Positions 10,875-24,920 of a DNA stretch of 64,000 bases are shown one piece after another. The stretch's first letter is position 1. Every line of letters starts with the position of its first letter. Source of the stretch: Lobosporangium transversale. Taxonomy: Eukaryota. Position numbers and translations under genes: made by a program. The notes beneath the pieces were generated by a model. It made no database searches, was not told the origin of the DNA, and saw only the letters and a program-made list of their open reading frames with translations. The DNA lies in assembly GCF_002105155.1 (NCBI RefSeq), contig NW_019029018.1, positions 310,001 to 374,000 of the forward strand, in the 5' to 3' direction.

Positions 10875-11873
10875 TGATTCTAGCCGAAACATATTTACCA
10901 ATATGTACTTATTGGATTGACAGTTAAAACCCCTACGTTCACCAAATTCGCCGACAGAGTATCAGAAAAGAGTATTTTCTCACTGTAATTCAAACTATGC
11001 TGCCTATTCCCTAATATTAAGAGCATGGCTGCCTTGTACACTAGAGCAACAGAGCTGTATCATGGTTTCTGGACTCAGGACAATTTGAATATCCAGATGG
11101 CGCCCATATAAGCTTCATTCAAGTTCATGCCAGTCCAAGCTATACTGGCAAAGTCAATGACTTCAGGAAGTATTTTTGAAAACTCCAGTCAAGAGAGAAA
11201 CGACATTGGCCTATAAATGGATTTCACCCCCTAGTCTCAATTAAAAAAAAAAAAAAAAAGTATGTGTGCAATGTTCCTTAGTGTTAATCTGACAAAAATG
11301 CCAGGCTAACTTTGTTTTTCTTAATAGACCATTAAGCCACACCTCAAAAGGAAGCGTACTAATGGGCCGATGGTCGCTCATTCATTCATTTTCTCACTAT
11401 TCACCTTCATCATCTGAAAAAGTGGCAGTTGTAGAAGAAGTATCGTTCTGGAGCAAAGAAGCGTCGCTCCAGGAAGGAGAGGAAAAGTTTACACCACCAA
11501 GCAAGAAAATGCTTCAAAAATAGAGTTCATGCTTCATGGCATTTTGGAATGGGCCTAGAACGCAAATTAGTCCCGGCAAGTTTGCCAGGATGACCTAACA
11601 GGGAAAGAAAGAGTTGACAGTCGACACGACAGCTCCACAAAGTAAAAGAGAAGCGTCCTTCATCTTTCATCTTTCATCTTTCGCATCGCACAATCTCTCT
11701 TGCATTTCTTTTGAACCTTACATGTAAGACATGCAAACAATGCCTGGATCTTGCAAGAAAACGCTTTTCATACTCATCACTAACAAACAGTCCTTTTAGC
11801 AACCATTTTCCTTTCAAGGACGTGTGGATAGATTACAATATAAGAGCAAAGCAAAGACAATAAGCTATAAACT

Positions 11874-14800
11874 ATGTTTGGCAACTTCAATCCCCCATCA
11901 CGAAGTACACTCTCGCCAGCGCAGGCACTGAGGCTTTTCGATTTCTACATAAAGAGTGCTCGCACCATAGTCGACGATATCGTCGTAGTGACCGAACTAT
12001 GTCTCGATGCTGACTCTGTACTGTCTCGTGTTCAGAAGCCCACGCGGAAGTCTCTCGCTTCATTGTCTTCAGCTTCTTCAATCCTTTCAGCTTCCAATGA
12101 AGATATAACATTGAGCCAAGGTATTGCTGCAGCTTACTATGAACTTGCTCGCGTGTTTGAAAAATTGGGCCACTCAGATGTTGCTCAAGGCCGTGACAAG
12201 AAAGCTGAGAAATGGGGATACATCCAGGAGTGCAACAATAATAACAGTAGTAACAGCAATAGCAACAGACCGAATAGAATGGCTAAAGCAGTATCAGCAC
12301 AGAACATTGTAACTATTTCCAAGGACATATTCAGACACAATGAGCCTCCAACAGTCATCAGATACAGCCTACCAGATGTCGGTACTCACTTGAATGACAT
12401 CCACCAGCTTGTGTATTGCCTTAGTCTGTCACTTACCGCTCCTGTCCCCACAGACGATCTTGCTGCTAGTGAGAAAGAGTGGCGCCTAGCCATATCAACC
12501 GATCAAGATGAGCATGAGCGATTGCGTAAATTGGCATCAGATGTGATTGAAACGTTCGTCAGCGATGAAACTAAGGCTGAGACAACTGTCGCTGAGGTTG
12601 TGGCTCTCGCTCCAGTTCTTGACCAGGCCCAGTTTAGAATACTACTCATGACTATGGTCAATGGGATCAGCCAGAACATCATGCTAGAAACTCATCTGTT
12701 AGAAGGGTTGGCCCAATTGATGCAGCGTGCTCCCCTTGGATATCTCGACTCGGATGACCTTGTTTCGATTCTCAATGCTCTCAATTCTCGCTTGCAAGCC
12801 ACACATAGTCAATCTGGAACCCATCTATATCACCTGTCTGCTACAGTCTCACATGTTCTTGATGCCATGGTCAACAACCAAGTCAAGGGTTTGAAGCGAG
12901 AACAGCTCCATGAACCACTTGCTGCATACCTCAAGAGCCTAAAAGAGAGTTCAGATCCTCACCTAGTCTATCAAGCAGCTTATGCCTTCCAAGCTTTGTT
13001 ATATATTCCAGATGACGAGACAACAATCCAAGCCATGCTTCGACGGACATCAGCAGTACTTCGAGGAGTATTTGGAGCAGTAAGTACAATCAAAGACTTG
13101 GATCTAAATGGCTTTATGGATGAGATAAGCAACATCCAGGGAGGACTCCCATCCGTGACAGATATCATAGACAAAACTCTGGGGATGTACGAGGCTACGA
13201 CTTCATTGTATGAGAGCGAAACAACGTTCAGAGAGTGTATGGAAGAAGGACTGAGCTTTAGTCGCAAGTCAGCATGGTACCCAGCACTTCATGTAGCTGA
13301 TGGACTACTCCGGGCAGGCGAACTGACCAAGTTCAAGGCTCTTGTATGTGAAGTGTCCTGTCGAAATGATGCAGCATTCCAATGGGGGCTATGTCAGAGG
13401 TTAGGACAGATTGTAGCTGATATAAAATGGAGCCTGGATACTCGACAGGATGCCATTACATTCCTAGGAGAGATCTACAAGAATGATCAGGAGTGGGGTT
13501 CTCATGCACATGTTAAGAAGTGGATCATTAACATCTTTAGGAAACTATCCTCATTGCCATTGGATGGTCTTCAAGGTATATATTTCTCTCATTTTCGGTG
13601 GATTTGTTTGATGGTGTTGACTATCCTCAGCGCATGGTGATTAGTCCACTTATTTTATACATGCATTCTTTTCCACGTCTTTTTCGCTTTATTTCAGTCT
13701 CAAACACTCTCCTGAATGACTTCAAAACGTACGGAGACGTCAAGAAACAGGATTTATACAGAAAGTGTCTTCAAGAGCCATTGATCCAGTATCCCTTGAT
13801 TGTCACGCTCTCTCCACCTACATCCTCAACTTTACTTGACCGCGCACAAAAGACGCCTGGGGTTGAGAATAGTCTGCGTCAACTAAAGAGACGGCGGATG
13901 GGGGGTGGAGATATTCAAGGATTCTACATCCAACAGTATGCCAAAGCAAGCCCTCAGGCAAGTGATGACGACTTGTTCATGCTGATGAACAAAGTAATGG
14001 AGTTCCTAGACAGCGACCAGAAAGTGTTGCTCGTCCAAGGAGATTCAGGAGCAGGCAAGTCGACATTCAACCGTACTCTGGAGCACACACTCTGGGATTC
14101 ATACCAAAAGAGGAACGGCCGGATCCCGCTGTTCATCAATCTTCCAGCCATTGACAAACCAGAAAAGGATCTGGTTGCAAAGCAGTTACGAGACTATGAT
14201 TTCACAGACTTAGAGATCAAGGAGCTGAAGATGAATCGATCATTTGTTTTGATCTGTGATGGGTATGATGAAAGTTTGCAGATCAACAATCTGTATGTTT
14301 CCAACCGACTGAACCAGCCTGGCGAGTGGAAGGGTCAAATGGTGATCAGTTGTCGCAGCGAATATCTTGGATTGGACTATCGAGATCGATTCCAACCTAT
14401 GAGCTACAATCACCAACCAGATACTGGATTGTTCCAAGAGGCTGTGATCGTCCCATTTTCTGAGGCCCAGATCGATGACTATATCGAGCAATATGTTGCA
14501 AGTATGGATATACTGTGGCATGCGGAGGACTATAAGCGCGCACTCAAAATGGTCCCTAGCTTACAGGAGCTTGTGAAAAACCCGTTCATACTATCAATGT
14601 CACTAGAAGTACTCCCACGAATGGTGGATCCGGATCAAGATCTCTCCAGCACAAAGGTCAAACGCGTCACATTGTATGATCAGTTCGTTGAGCTGTGGCT
14701 CGAACGAGGCAAGAAGCGACTAGGCGAGACATTAATGCCAGAAGATAGAAGGATGTTCCGGATATTGACAGATGAAGGGTTTGCACAGAATGGAATCAAG

Positions 14801-17800
14801 TATCTGTCCGGGCTAGCCGTAGCAATCTACAAGCACCAAGATGGCAATCCAGTAGTGGAGTTCTCGCCGTTCAAGGATATGGGTACATGGAAAGAGACAT
14901 ATTTCAGTAGAGAGAGTAGAAGTAACCTATTACGTGAGGCTTCACCACTCAATCGTACAGGTGCCCAGCATCGATTTATACATCGATCTATTCTAGAGTA
15001 CAGTCTGGTACGAGCAATATTTGAGCCGCAGCCAGTGTCAGTTGCTTCAGCAAAGGATAAAGAAGCAAAGGAGACAAAATCGCTTTCTCGTCGACAGAGT
15101 ATTAGCTCAGTGTTCAGCTTCGAAGCCACGGGCATTGATGAAGACGAACAGGAGGCTAATGCAACTGAAGTTGATGAGACATCACCTTTAGTATGGCGAA
15201 GCTTTGTAGATGAGCCATCTATCCTTCAGTTCCTGGAGGATCGTGTCCGTCTTGAGCCGATGTTCAAACAGCAGCTGTATATATATGTCGAGCTCTCGAA
15301 GAGCAATAGCAAGTGGCGCATAGCAGCAGCGAATGCGATGACGATCTTGGTCCAATCAGGCGAGTCATTCATCGGAGCAGACTTGCGATGCATCCAAATT
15401 CCAGGAGCAGACCTCAGCCATGGTATTTTTGAGTATGTTCAGCTGCAAGGAGCAGATCTGAGGAAGGTTAACTTTGGGAAATGTTGGCTTCGTGAAGCAA
15501 ACCTGAGTGAAGCAAAGATGGCAGGTGTACAGTTTGGAGAATGGCCACTTCTCGAAGCAAGTGGTGAGGTATTGAGCGGATCATATTCACCTGATGGCAA
15601 GACCCTCGCTGCCATTATCAAAGATGAATCGTATAACTATTCAATTATCATGTATGACACATCAACATGGGAGAAACTTTTCGTTCTGGAGAATCATGAA
15701 ATTGGCAACCACTTGGTATACTTACCAGACAGCCGACGTATCGCTTCTTGGAATGACGTTGGACGGCACATCTTAATTTTGGATGCAACCTCAGGAGAGT
15801 TGATCCACAGATTGGCGGATCATACAAGCTTGATCGAACATGTAGTGTACTCGCCAAGTGGGAATTACCTTGCTGTGAATGATGGGTCAGTACGAGTGTG
15901 GGACATTCAATTAGGCGTGCTCAAATACATATTTGAGGGCCATACAAGTAGGATGAGGGGCATAAAGTATTCACCAGACGGAAATCAGATTGCAATTGAC
16001 AGCGATGACAAGATATTACGGTTTTGGGATGCGACAACAGGACAACAGACGACGATGCTGGCGCCCCATGAATATAAGATTGGGCAATTTGAGTATTCAC
16101 CTAATGGCCAGGAAATTATAACTCGATGTGACGAAGATTGCTACCTGCAGGTGTGGGACGTTAGATCTGGCCAAAAGAGGTGTGATTTGGTACATGATGA
16201 TGGAGTCAAAAGCATGCAGTATTCGCCTGATGGGAAATTCGTTGTATCGTTCGACAGTAATCAGATATATCAATGGGATATCCAAAGGGGGAAAATTATT
16301 CATACTCTTAAGCATTCCTTTATGACCATTGACCTACAGTATTCACCAAGTGGGGAACAAATAGCCATTACTGATATGGTCAGCACATTACGACTTTGGG
16401 ACGCAAGATCAGGACAAGTCATGAAAACTCTCTACGGTCACTCCAAGGGAATAAACTGTGTGGAATATTCGCCAAGCAACCATCAGATTGCGTCCTTTAG
16501 TGATGATGGAACGATACGTTTTTGGGATACTCGCCCACAACAATCTAGACGTGCCTTACATGGCTATAAGAATTTACTCTTTGACGTTAAGAGTGCGCCG
16601 GATGGACAGCAAATAGCTTCTCGCAGTGATGATGGAACAGTGGCGTTATGGAATGCAAGAACGGGACAGTTCATCCATGCTTTACAAAGTCCCGGTGGGT
16701 ATGTAAATGATATCAAGTATTCGTCTGACGGTCAGTTGCTTGCTTCTCGCCATGACTCTCCACGCTTCTACCTCTGGAACGCTCGAACTGGCCAAGTCGT
16801 TCATACCTTGGAGCAACAAGGCGAACAAGGCGATTGGATCCGTACTATGGAATTCTCGCCTGTTGACCACCAAATTGTCTGCGGCCATAAATACGGAGAT
16901 GTAACTATATGGGACACACAGACAGGAGAGCCTGTCCGCACTCTACGAGGGCACAGTACATATGTGCTTTGTGTGGCAATCTCACCCAATGGCCACCAGA
17001 TTGCTTCGTATGATAAAGGTGGTAATATTAGAGTCTGGAAAGCTCAATCAGGGGATCTCCAGTACCATGTGAGGGATGAAGTGGAGGATGCAGAAATCTA
17101 TGACTCCCTTATGGTATACACGCCTGACAGTCGAAAGATTGTCTTTTACCGCAGTGACAAGAACAATAGCTTTCGGGTACGAAGTGCAGAAACGGGTGAA
17201 CTCTGTTATGAAGCACAATTTGACGATGCTCTAGTAAGCATAGCATTTTCACCATGTAGTCACCAGATAGCTATTAGAGATGAGAAAGGGCTGATTGGTG
17301 TGGTAGATACGGAAACAGGGTCAATATCTTGTGTTTTTGAAGCACATACAGAGCCGATCTCTGAGATGGCTTTTTCGCTTGATGGAAGGTACCTTGCTTC
17401 ATGCAGTCAGGACATGGCAGTACGAGTATGGGATCCAAGTTCAGGTCAATGTTTGATTGTCATCCCATCCGAAGGTGGGGATGTTATGACCCTTGTATGG
17501 AATGGCTCTGAAGAGGGTCACTTCCTGATCACAACGTCTCGGTATGCTTCTATTCAGATGTGGCAGATAGTGCAGGAGGACGATCAATATCAGTATCGCT
17601 TAAAATGGAGTACCAAGCAAACTGTCCTTGTTGCGAGAAACACATGTATCCAAGATGTAGCTGAGTTGAGTGAAGTCAACAGGAAGCTTCTGGTACAACG
17701 TGGAGCTATATATGAGCAAGCCTCCCCTTTGACTGTACAGGAGCCGCTCAAAGATAAGGCAAGACTATCAATATCATCCGAGTTCAAGGGCACCTCTAAT

Positions 17801-17983
17801 CAAGTGGATTGCCGTCAAGGCCCACCAGTCGAAACTGCCTTAGAGACAGAAGTTTTGAGCGAAGGAGTGCCATTGATAAAATCGATGGAAGCAAGTCAAT
17901 CGATCAGAGACTATCGGTTCGAATACAGTATATGCAGCAAATGTAGTTTTGCACATGTTATTTCATGCAAACCTCGCGAGTGA
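11874..17983 (+). CDS. NLR-like protein: Arm-like helical N-terminus, NACHT, pentapeptide repeats, WD40 repeats (~1995 aa; exons 11874-13575 and 13698-17983)
   Basis: A GT..AG intron at 13576-13697 joins the two ORFs in frame. Walker A GDSGAGKS, Walker B LICDGYDE, FIHRS, GADL pentapeptides, many GH...YSPDG...WD repeats. Confidence 0.92.
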
Positions 17984-18917
17984 AGGGGATTGACAACCAA
18001 GAAATCATTTGGCATCAAGAATAAAGTGAAGCAAATGCTTGTCTGATCTGACTATCATAAAAAGAGCAAATGCAGAATACACTACTTTTCGAATAAAAGA
18101 TGATGTCTTTAGTAATTTTGGGAGCTCCATTTAATTCCATCGCCTTTCCTGATGCTCCTCAAGCTTTTTTTTTTTTTTTTCAAAAAAAATAAAATAAAAA
18201 AAAATAAAAATAAATAAAAATAAAAATTAATATACATAAAAGCTAGTTTTATGGTGTCTGGGCAGCATGGACTTCGGTGTAAGCGGATCGAATATAAGAG
18301 AAAGTAAATAATTGCCATAAAAATGGAACCATGACCAGCTTGAAATTAAAGAACGTTATTTCAGTAAGGAGCCTAGCTGAAACAGCCATACCTGATAACA
18401 AAGTAAATGGTGATGAGAGTTTCATTCGTGCCAGATATAATTAATGTCTACAGTGTATTTGTTAACTGTTTGTCCAAGGGATCTTGTTTTGAGCGACTTC
18501 ATATTTTCTATTCCACTACGGCAGTAGTTTTTTCTGTCACATCATTTGGCACTCTTGGGGTTTTTGACCTTCACAGCTTTGATTTTATCCTTAATATATT
18601 TGGTGCTATTTTTGGCCTTGGTTACGCTCTTTGAACCGTCATCCGTACCTGAATCGTCAGTATCAGACTCTTAATCACTGGCGCCATCTTCACTTTCAAT
18701 TTGGCTCTCCTCATCCGATGAATGGTCATGGTTACTTTCATTATCACTATTCGTGAAAGAGATGATTATTTTTTATGATTTATTTTTTTTAAGGAATTAA
18801 AAAAAAAAATAAAAGAAAAAAGAAAGAAAAAAAATTTATTTTGCTATACAGTAAATAATTCTTTTTTTTTTCCTCATTTCCAAGTAGTGCCTACCACAAA
18901 AAAAGAATGCATACTTC

Positions 18918-20073
18918 CTAATCGGAGCATTTTACTCGCACGAAATTCCGAATTTGCTCAGAGGTATCACAGTCTTCACCTTGATAATTACACCCTAGAT
19001 GGTCTTCCACATAAAGTGTGAACTTGTCCGACCAATGATGCGACATCCAACGGCCATCCTCTACTGTCATCTTTTGATTGACACGGTGGGTGGCGAGTGT
19101 TTCCAATTGGTTTAATGATTCCAACTTTTCAAGTCCTGCTTCGAGTGAGAACCATACTCCGTCGGTCTGATTAACGTATCGGAAAGTAGATCCATGATAT
19201 TGAGGAGGATACGAAAGGTCCAAAGTTTCTAATTTCACCAGAGCCGAGAGTTGCTCAAACACTTTTAGATGCATTGATCGCATAACGCTGTAGCATTCGT
19301 CGCTCTTGTCTACAATGTCCATGATTGTTGGCAATCCAGTGATGTTTGCTTTAAAAGCCTGCAGTCTTTCACAAACCCATGGTTTCCCGTTATCAAGACC
19401 ATCAACAATATCAGAGGCTGTTATGGCATCAAAACTGAACGAAAGCAAGCATTCCATATTGATACATTCTTAAAATGATCATTAACTTCATCACCATCCA
19501 TCGCAGCCCAGTAAGTCAAGCTAAGCCGTGTCAGGGTTAAAGGTAGTGATGCCAGAAATTTCGCCATCTTTAGATCCATTTCCTCAAAGTAAGGTCGAGC
19601 TCTGTAAGGTGATTAAGTTGAGCCATTGTATCGATCAAGCCGGTCCACAAACTGTGCTTGTTCCCAGGCATTCTGCAAAAGGTTACAGATTGAAGTTTGG
19701 TGTTTTGCACAAAAAAGTTGATAAGCGCTTGAGCATGACTTTGCCAATGGTCTAGATGGTAACTGTCCCCTGTGAACTCTTCTACATTATTACAAAGCTT
19801 GAGAATTGTTGATCCTGGCGCCTTCAACAAGCGAGTGTTCGTTACGGTGGTTTTTTTGATCATTTTGGAGTATTTCCTCAATATTGGTGCAGTTAATCGA
19901 AGTTTTCTTTCAAGATTAATTTCTTTCCACAAGAAATGGATAAATACTCTGTGCCATTCCTTGCAAACGAGAATAGAGCGTCGTTAGTCCCATCGCTTTA
20001 GATAGTCCCCAATCGAATAGAAGATATTGGGTAATAGCAATGGGTTCTGAAAAGTTAAAGTTGATGAGTTCAT
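18918..20073 (-). pseudogene. F-box/LRR-like gene with premature stop and frameshifts
   Basis: MNSSTLTFQNPLLLPNIFYSIGDYLKRWD*RRSILVCKEWHRVFIHFLWKEI (F-box with TAA at 19984-19986). C-terminal PWVCERLQ...QLSALVKLETLDLS...FSLEAGLEKLESL...HWS pattern. Confidence 0.75.
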
Positions 20074-20091
20074 CCTTAATGGAGAAAATGG

Positions 20092-20124
<33 letters not shown>

Positions 20125-20916
20125 TGGGGGTCCTCTATTATAATTAATTCAGCAATCAATCAGCTGGAACGAATAGTAATGATAAATTGATTCATTTGCA
20201 TTAACTTACGGGAGGGTGATGATGGATGACTAATGGGAGACAAGAGTGTGTACGATTATGCTCAAGCTAATATGATTGTAGGCACTAAATTGTAATAATG
20301 AAAAGAAAAAAAAAAAAAAAATAGACGCGTCGCTATTGCAATCATTGAATTTTGCCATGAGAATCAAAAAAGATCCCTGACCTGCCGATGGAACCTGAAC
20401 GATGATGTAGAAATTTTTTTTCTTTTACGATGTAGAAAGGTACAGTGTCAAAGACCTCAGAGACGTCGGCGGTTCTTTATGCTGTTGTTATTACAGTGAA
20501 ATTATACGAGAGATGGACGCTCATTGGGAGAGTCAGTAAAATTGGCTCTGACTCTAATAAAGTGACCTTTGTCAGTTGTCCTGCGAGATGAGCAGTGTTC
20601 ATTCATTCGCCCAATCTGCCTATACGTTCCAAAAACAAAAAAACTCCTGAACGAGGGCTCTGTTGTCCTTTACTTTCACTACCGCAGACTAAGTTTTCTT
20701 CTCTGTTGCAGATACGCCCCGATCTCCGGTTAAGTGAAATCCAAAACATGCATAAGAACCGACAAACTTTATTACAACAAACCTTGTTAAAAATGCGGCG
20801 TGTAATGAGGAGATCCATTTTATCCACTGCTTCTTTCTTCTTTGCCATCTTTTTTTTGCTTCTCTTCCCCTCTTGCACCCCTTCTCTCATTCCCTCCTTT
20901 TAATATTGCTATTCCC

Positions 20917-21916
20917 ATGTCTGATATCGATTTCCCCCTCTGCGTTGCCTCCAACAGCAACACCATTTACCTCGCTGCCTATACACCAAAAAACTTTGAT
21001 AACACTGGCAGACCCTCGATCCTTGCTCTATATTCGAGTCAGCAATACCCAACTTCATTGTCTTCGATCCAATGGAAAACCGAAGCTGCCTCATACTTCA
21101 ACCACTGGATGTTCTCACAGGACCTGCCAGCAGACGGCGAGGGTTACTGGTGTGCTGTGGACGACACCGGAACGTTTGTCATTTTCTCTGGCACCAAAGA
21201 GAAGACACATAACCCCGCTTCTACCCCACCTCCGCAAGGAGCCATCTTAGGCCTGATGTATGACAAACCTTCTAAACCCACCAACCCTCGTTCCGGAGGG
21301 CTTGCTGTTCCGGCATACACCACTGTATCGCCAAAAGGTACTTACCCTTGCGTTGAGCTTGGGTCGTGCAATGCTCACTTGTATGCTATGCCAAGCACGG
21401 CACCAGGAGTGCCTTCAAACTTTGGCTTTGTTACGTACAATTCAACGTCTGGATTCTCATTTGAGATGCTTGATCGAACAAGCAACAACTTTACCGGTCA
21501 AGTTGCCTCAGGCATCCCTCCTGTAAAGACTACAGTTAACAGTTACTATCGACGGAGTGGTACAAATATGTATATGTGTATTCGAATTTATATTGCCTTA
21601 CTGACTCGCCTCTTGGTGGTGCCTTGCAAATGTCTCTCCCCCGTTAGGTTAGCAATATCTTTTCTTGGGACGCATTTGGATACACCAACAGTCGGCTTGT
21701 GGCGGTGTCAACCTCAAGTAATGAAGCTCGAGTAGCTGATCTGGATGCACGAGGTCTACCATCGGGAAGCACTATCTCCAATAGTTTAGATATAAGTGCA
21801 GCAAATGATTGTGGATCGATTGGCCGTGGCTTTTACACCAATGTTAATGGTCGCTCATACTTTTCCTGCAAGGTATGCCCGGAGCTGGATCATTTGGCTA
21901 TTGATAACCGGGAGAT

Positions 21917-21950
<34 letters not shown>

Positions 21951-23035
21951 GTCTTGCTAATCTTTTCGTTTACCTTTTCAATTTACAATTTTTTAGTCAC
22001 AATCTAAACCAGCTTTGCGGCACATTTTTTCAACGGACGGCCGTACTATCACCAAGGTGATCGAGGTCGCGGAACTGACAAACACTACACTCCGGGGTAT
22101 TGTTCCGGTCCCGGCACCAAACGGTGGTGCACCCAACTGGGCACTTGCCTACAGTGATGACAAGGGCGGACTCTACAGCATACAATTGTCGGAATTAGGA
22201 GACGGAAGCGAATTGGGGGTCCGAAAGGCAGCAGCGAATAATCGTGCTGGTATTATTGGTGGCGTTGTTGGAGCTGTGGTTGTCGTGCTTGGCATTGTCG
22301 GCTTTTTATTCTGGCGTCGCAGACGACAGCAGGCATCAAACAAAACTCAAACTCAAGAGGTGCCCCAGCCTTTTGCAACGGCTGGCAGTAAACCTGATGC
22401 ATGGGTTGTAGGAAACAGTGCCCCACTTCCAGCCCTTCCGCAAGGCACCCAAGCCCCGATTCAGCAACTCCAGTATCAGCCTCAGGCATATACCCAGGCC
22501 TACCCTCAGGCCTACCCTCAGGCCTACCCACAGCAGCAGCAATAGAGTCCTCGTCAGGAAGCCAGGGACACATATATTTGTCGCGTCTTTAAATTGGATA
22601 GAATGCTTTTTTTTTTTGGACACAAAAATTAAAAAAAAAAAAAAAAAAAAAGTTTCTTGGTAAAATTGAGTTTTTGAAAAAATTAATTCAAATCGAGTAT
22701 CTTAAAATACATGTGTTCTTGACTTTCTGGCGAGGACTCTATCCTCAGCCAGGTCTCCACTTTGCGTAGATACAGTATACCAGACTTACCCACAACCGCA
22801 AATGTACCTGAAAGAGCCGTGGTCGTATCCTAATTCTTTATTCAGTGTTCAACCAATCCTACCAGCAGTTTCGCCCCAGCCATTTAGTCCCCCTGCACAA
22901 TTCTACCACCACCAACATCTTTTGCCACTAATAACAGCATCCACAACACTCACAATAACTACAGGCTCAGCCAACGCCAAAAATACCAGCTCTGCTGGGC
23001 AGTTCCAGCAAGAGCTTCCATTGGATACTCCATGA
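20917..23035 (+). CDS. Multi-exon single-pass membrane protein with Cys-containing ectodomain and Q/P/Y-rich tail (exon boundaries and start approximate)
   Basis: Colinear ORFs 20842-21735, 21699-22007, 22015-22545 and 22802-23035. TM helix AGIIGGVVGAVVVVLGIVGFLFW followed by RRRR; QAYP repeats. Confidence 0.65.
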
Positions 23036-23229
23036 CTCGTATAGTCATTATACTATAAAAAAGTTTAAAGATATACACCGAATTAAAGAGCAGCCTCATA
23101 TGCTGATGCAATTGCAAATTTACTGTGTAATTAAGGTATATAGACGTGTCTTGATAGCTGCTCTGCGCAGAAAAGTACTATCCTAAGCACAAGAAAACAA
23201 ATCTCTAGGCAGTGGATACAGATCTATCG

Positions 23230-23604
23230 TATTGCTTTTGGTATCAAGTGTCTAGTATGGCATACTAGAACTGCGTACCAAAATAACGAAAACTGGAAAC
23301 TACACATTGAATAGATGAAGCCTTTTCTTATTTTTTCCACAAACAACCAAGTATGCATGAACTGATACTAACACATTCCTATAAATGACATACCTTCTGT
23401 GTATTGCAAGGAAGACATGTTGGCTAACACCAATATGTAGTATCGTCTTAGACCTGCTTTTCAAATACGACAATAAAATATCGAACTTCATTTTGCATGG
23501 GATTTGTAAGGGCCATATTTTAGTGTTAGTATCACTTGTATCTTTATTTATGTTTATGAATGTCTAGTACGACTTGCAGCTCTCAAAGGAAAAAAAAAAA
23601 ATGG
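23230..23604. repeat. Dispersed repeat, copy A (probable transposon terminus)
   Basis: Both ends align with 55001-55195. Contains the palindrome TCTAGTATG-G-CATACTAGA at 23251-23269. Confidence 0.8.
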
Positions 23605-23632
23605 TGAAGGTGAAACCGGTACTAACATACAT

Positions 23633-24140
23633 TTACGAGACCCCTCTCTGCAATACTCTCGGTGCCTGAGCGCCCCATATGTGTACTTCATGCAGTTCCA
23701 CAAAGCTTAATACCTTTCTTGTTAGTTTTGCCCCGAGGTATGCAAAAGGTAAGCGCGAGCGCTGGTTGAGATCCAACCGCCCAATGAGAAGACATAATAC
23801 TAAACACGTCAGATAAATTAAGGTTACGAGTATCTTCACCTCGTAACAACATATGGTGGCGTACCAAGAGGCAAAGATGCTCATGCATATATTGAAATCT
23901 ACCTTCCGCAAGATACGGACGCTTCACTTTTAGGCTCATACCCCAAGTATGAAGTATCATCCGGATGAACTGCTTTTCGTCATAGAGATCACGCATAGAA
24001 CAGGTACCAGTGCGTGTTGACCCGCGAAACGTGGTGTCATACACCAAGTCCAGCTCGTATTCATCGATGGACTCCCTCAGCTTAATATCGTTGCGAGAAT
24101 GAGGTGCCAGGTTTGGCCAATCCACCACCGTACCGGCCAC
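23633..24140 (-). mobile_element. Crypton/Ndc10-type tyrosine recombinase remnant
   Basis: HHMLLRGEDTRNLNLSDVF and RGKTNKKG motifs, then a stop, then THMGRSG. Internally deleted. Confidence 0.75.
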
Positions 24141-24438
24141 TGTACCTTGGGAACAAACCCTCTTGTAAGAAGCGTGTCTCTCGATGACATAAAGGACGTC
24201 TGCAGAAAAGGCCCTTTTTTTGCCCTCACAGATCTTCCTCTTTTTTCATTTTCATTTCCGGCTCCTCTAGTCTTCCTTGCATATACAGTTCTTCCTTCTT
24301 TCCTTGATTCACTCAAAGTTTGAAAAGGGCGCCACTTGCGTCTGTGTTGCTGTCATTTCCGTTGCTACAAGGTTAAGGGGCAGTATTGCCAGAAGGTGAA
24401 GATCTACCAAGTCAGAAGGCCTCAAGCGAGATCGAATA

Positions 24439-24625
24439 GTGGAATTCAGGAGAAACAAAATACAAGCTCTACTGTCGACTGAGGTCGCTGATGTAGGCTG
24501 CGACGTAACCGACGTCCTGAGGAGGTTGTACAATATGTGTTCCTTAACAATATCTCCATTCATACAACGCCTTGGCCGAGCTGCACGCCGCCCTGATTTT
24601 CAAGGGACTGGCGTTTTAATTGTTT
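24439..24625 (+). pseudogene. RecQ-like helicase C-terminal fragment
   Basis: LLSTEVADVGCDVTDV...FIQRLGRAARRP (SF2 motifs V-VI). Confidence 0.65.
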
Positions 24626-24920
24626 CACCACTACATTGAAAAAAGTAATGCAAGGCCGATGATGATATCCTTGGATACATCCACACCAGATATCGCCACA
24701 GGTTATTTCTTAATGATTTTTTCGATAACGAAAAAACTCAATGCTGAGGAAATGTACTTGGAGAACATTTTCGAAGAAGGCGATCCAGCACCCCGTCAGG
24801 AAGAAATAGAGAAGAGTACCCATAATTTCAGAGAGGATTTGAAGAAAATCACTTTGAAAATCAATTATGCAAAGGGATTATTACCTTTGCAAAATTAAAG
24901 ATCAAATTAAAGATGACAAA

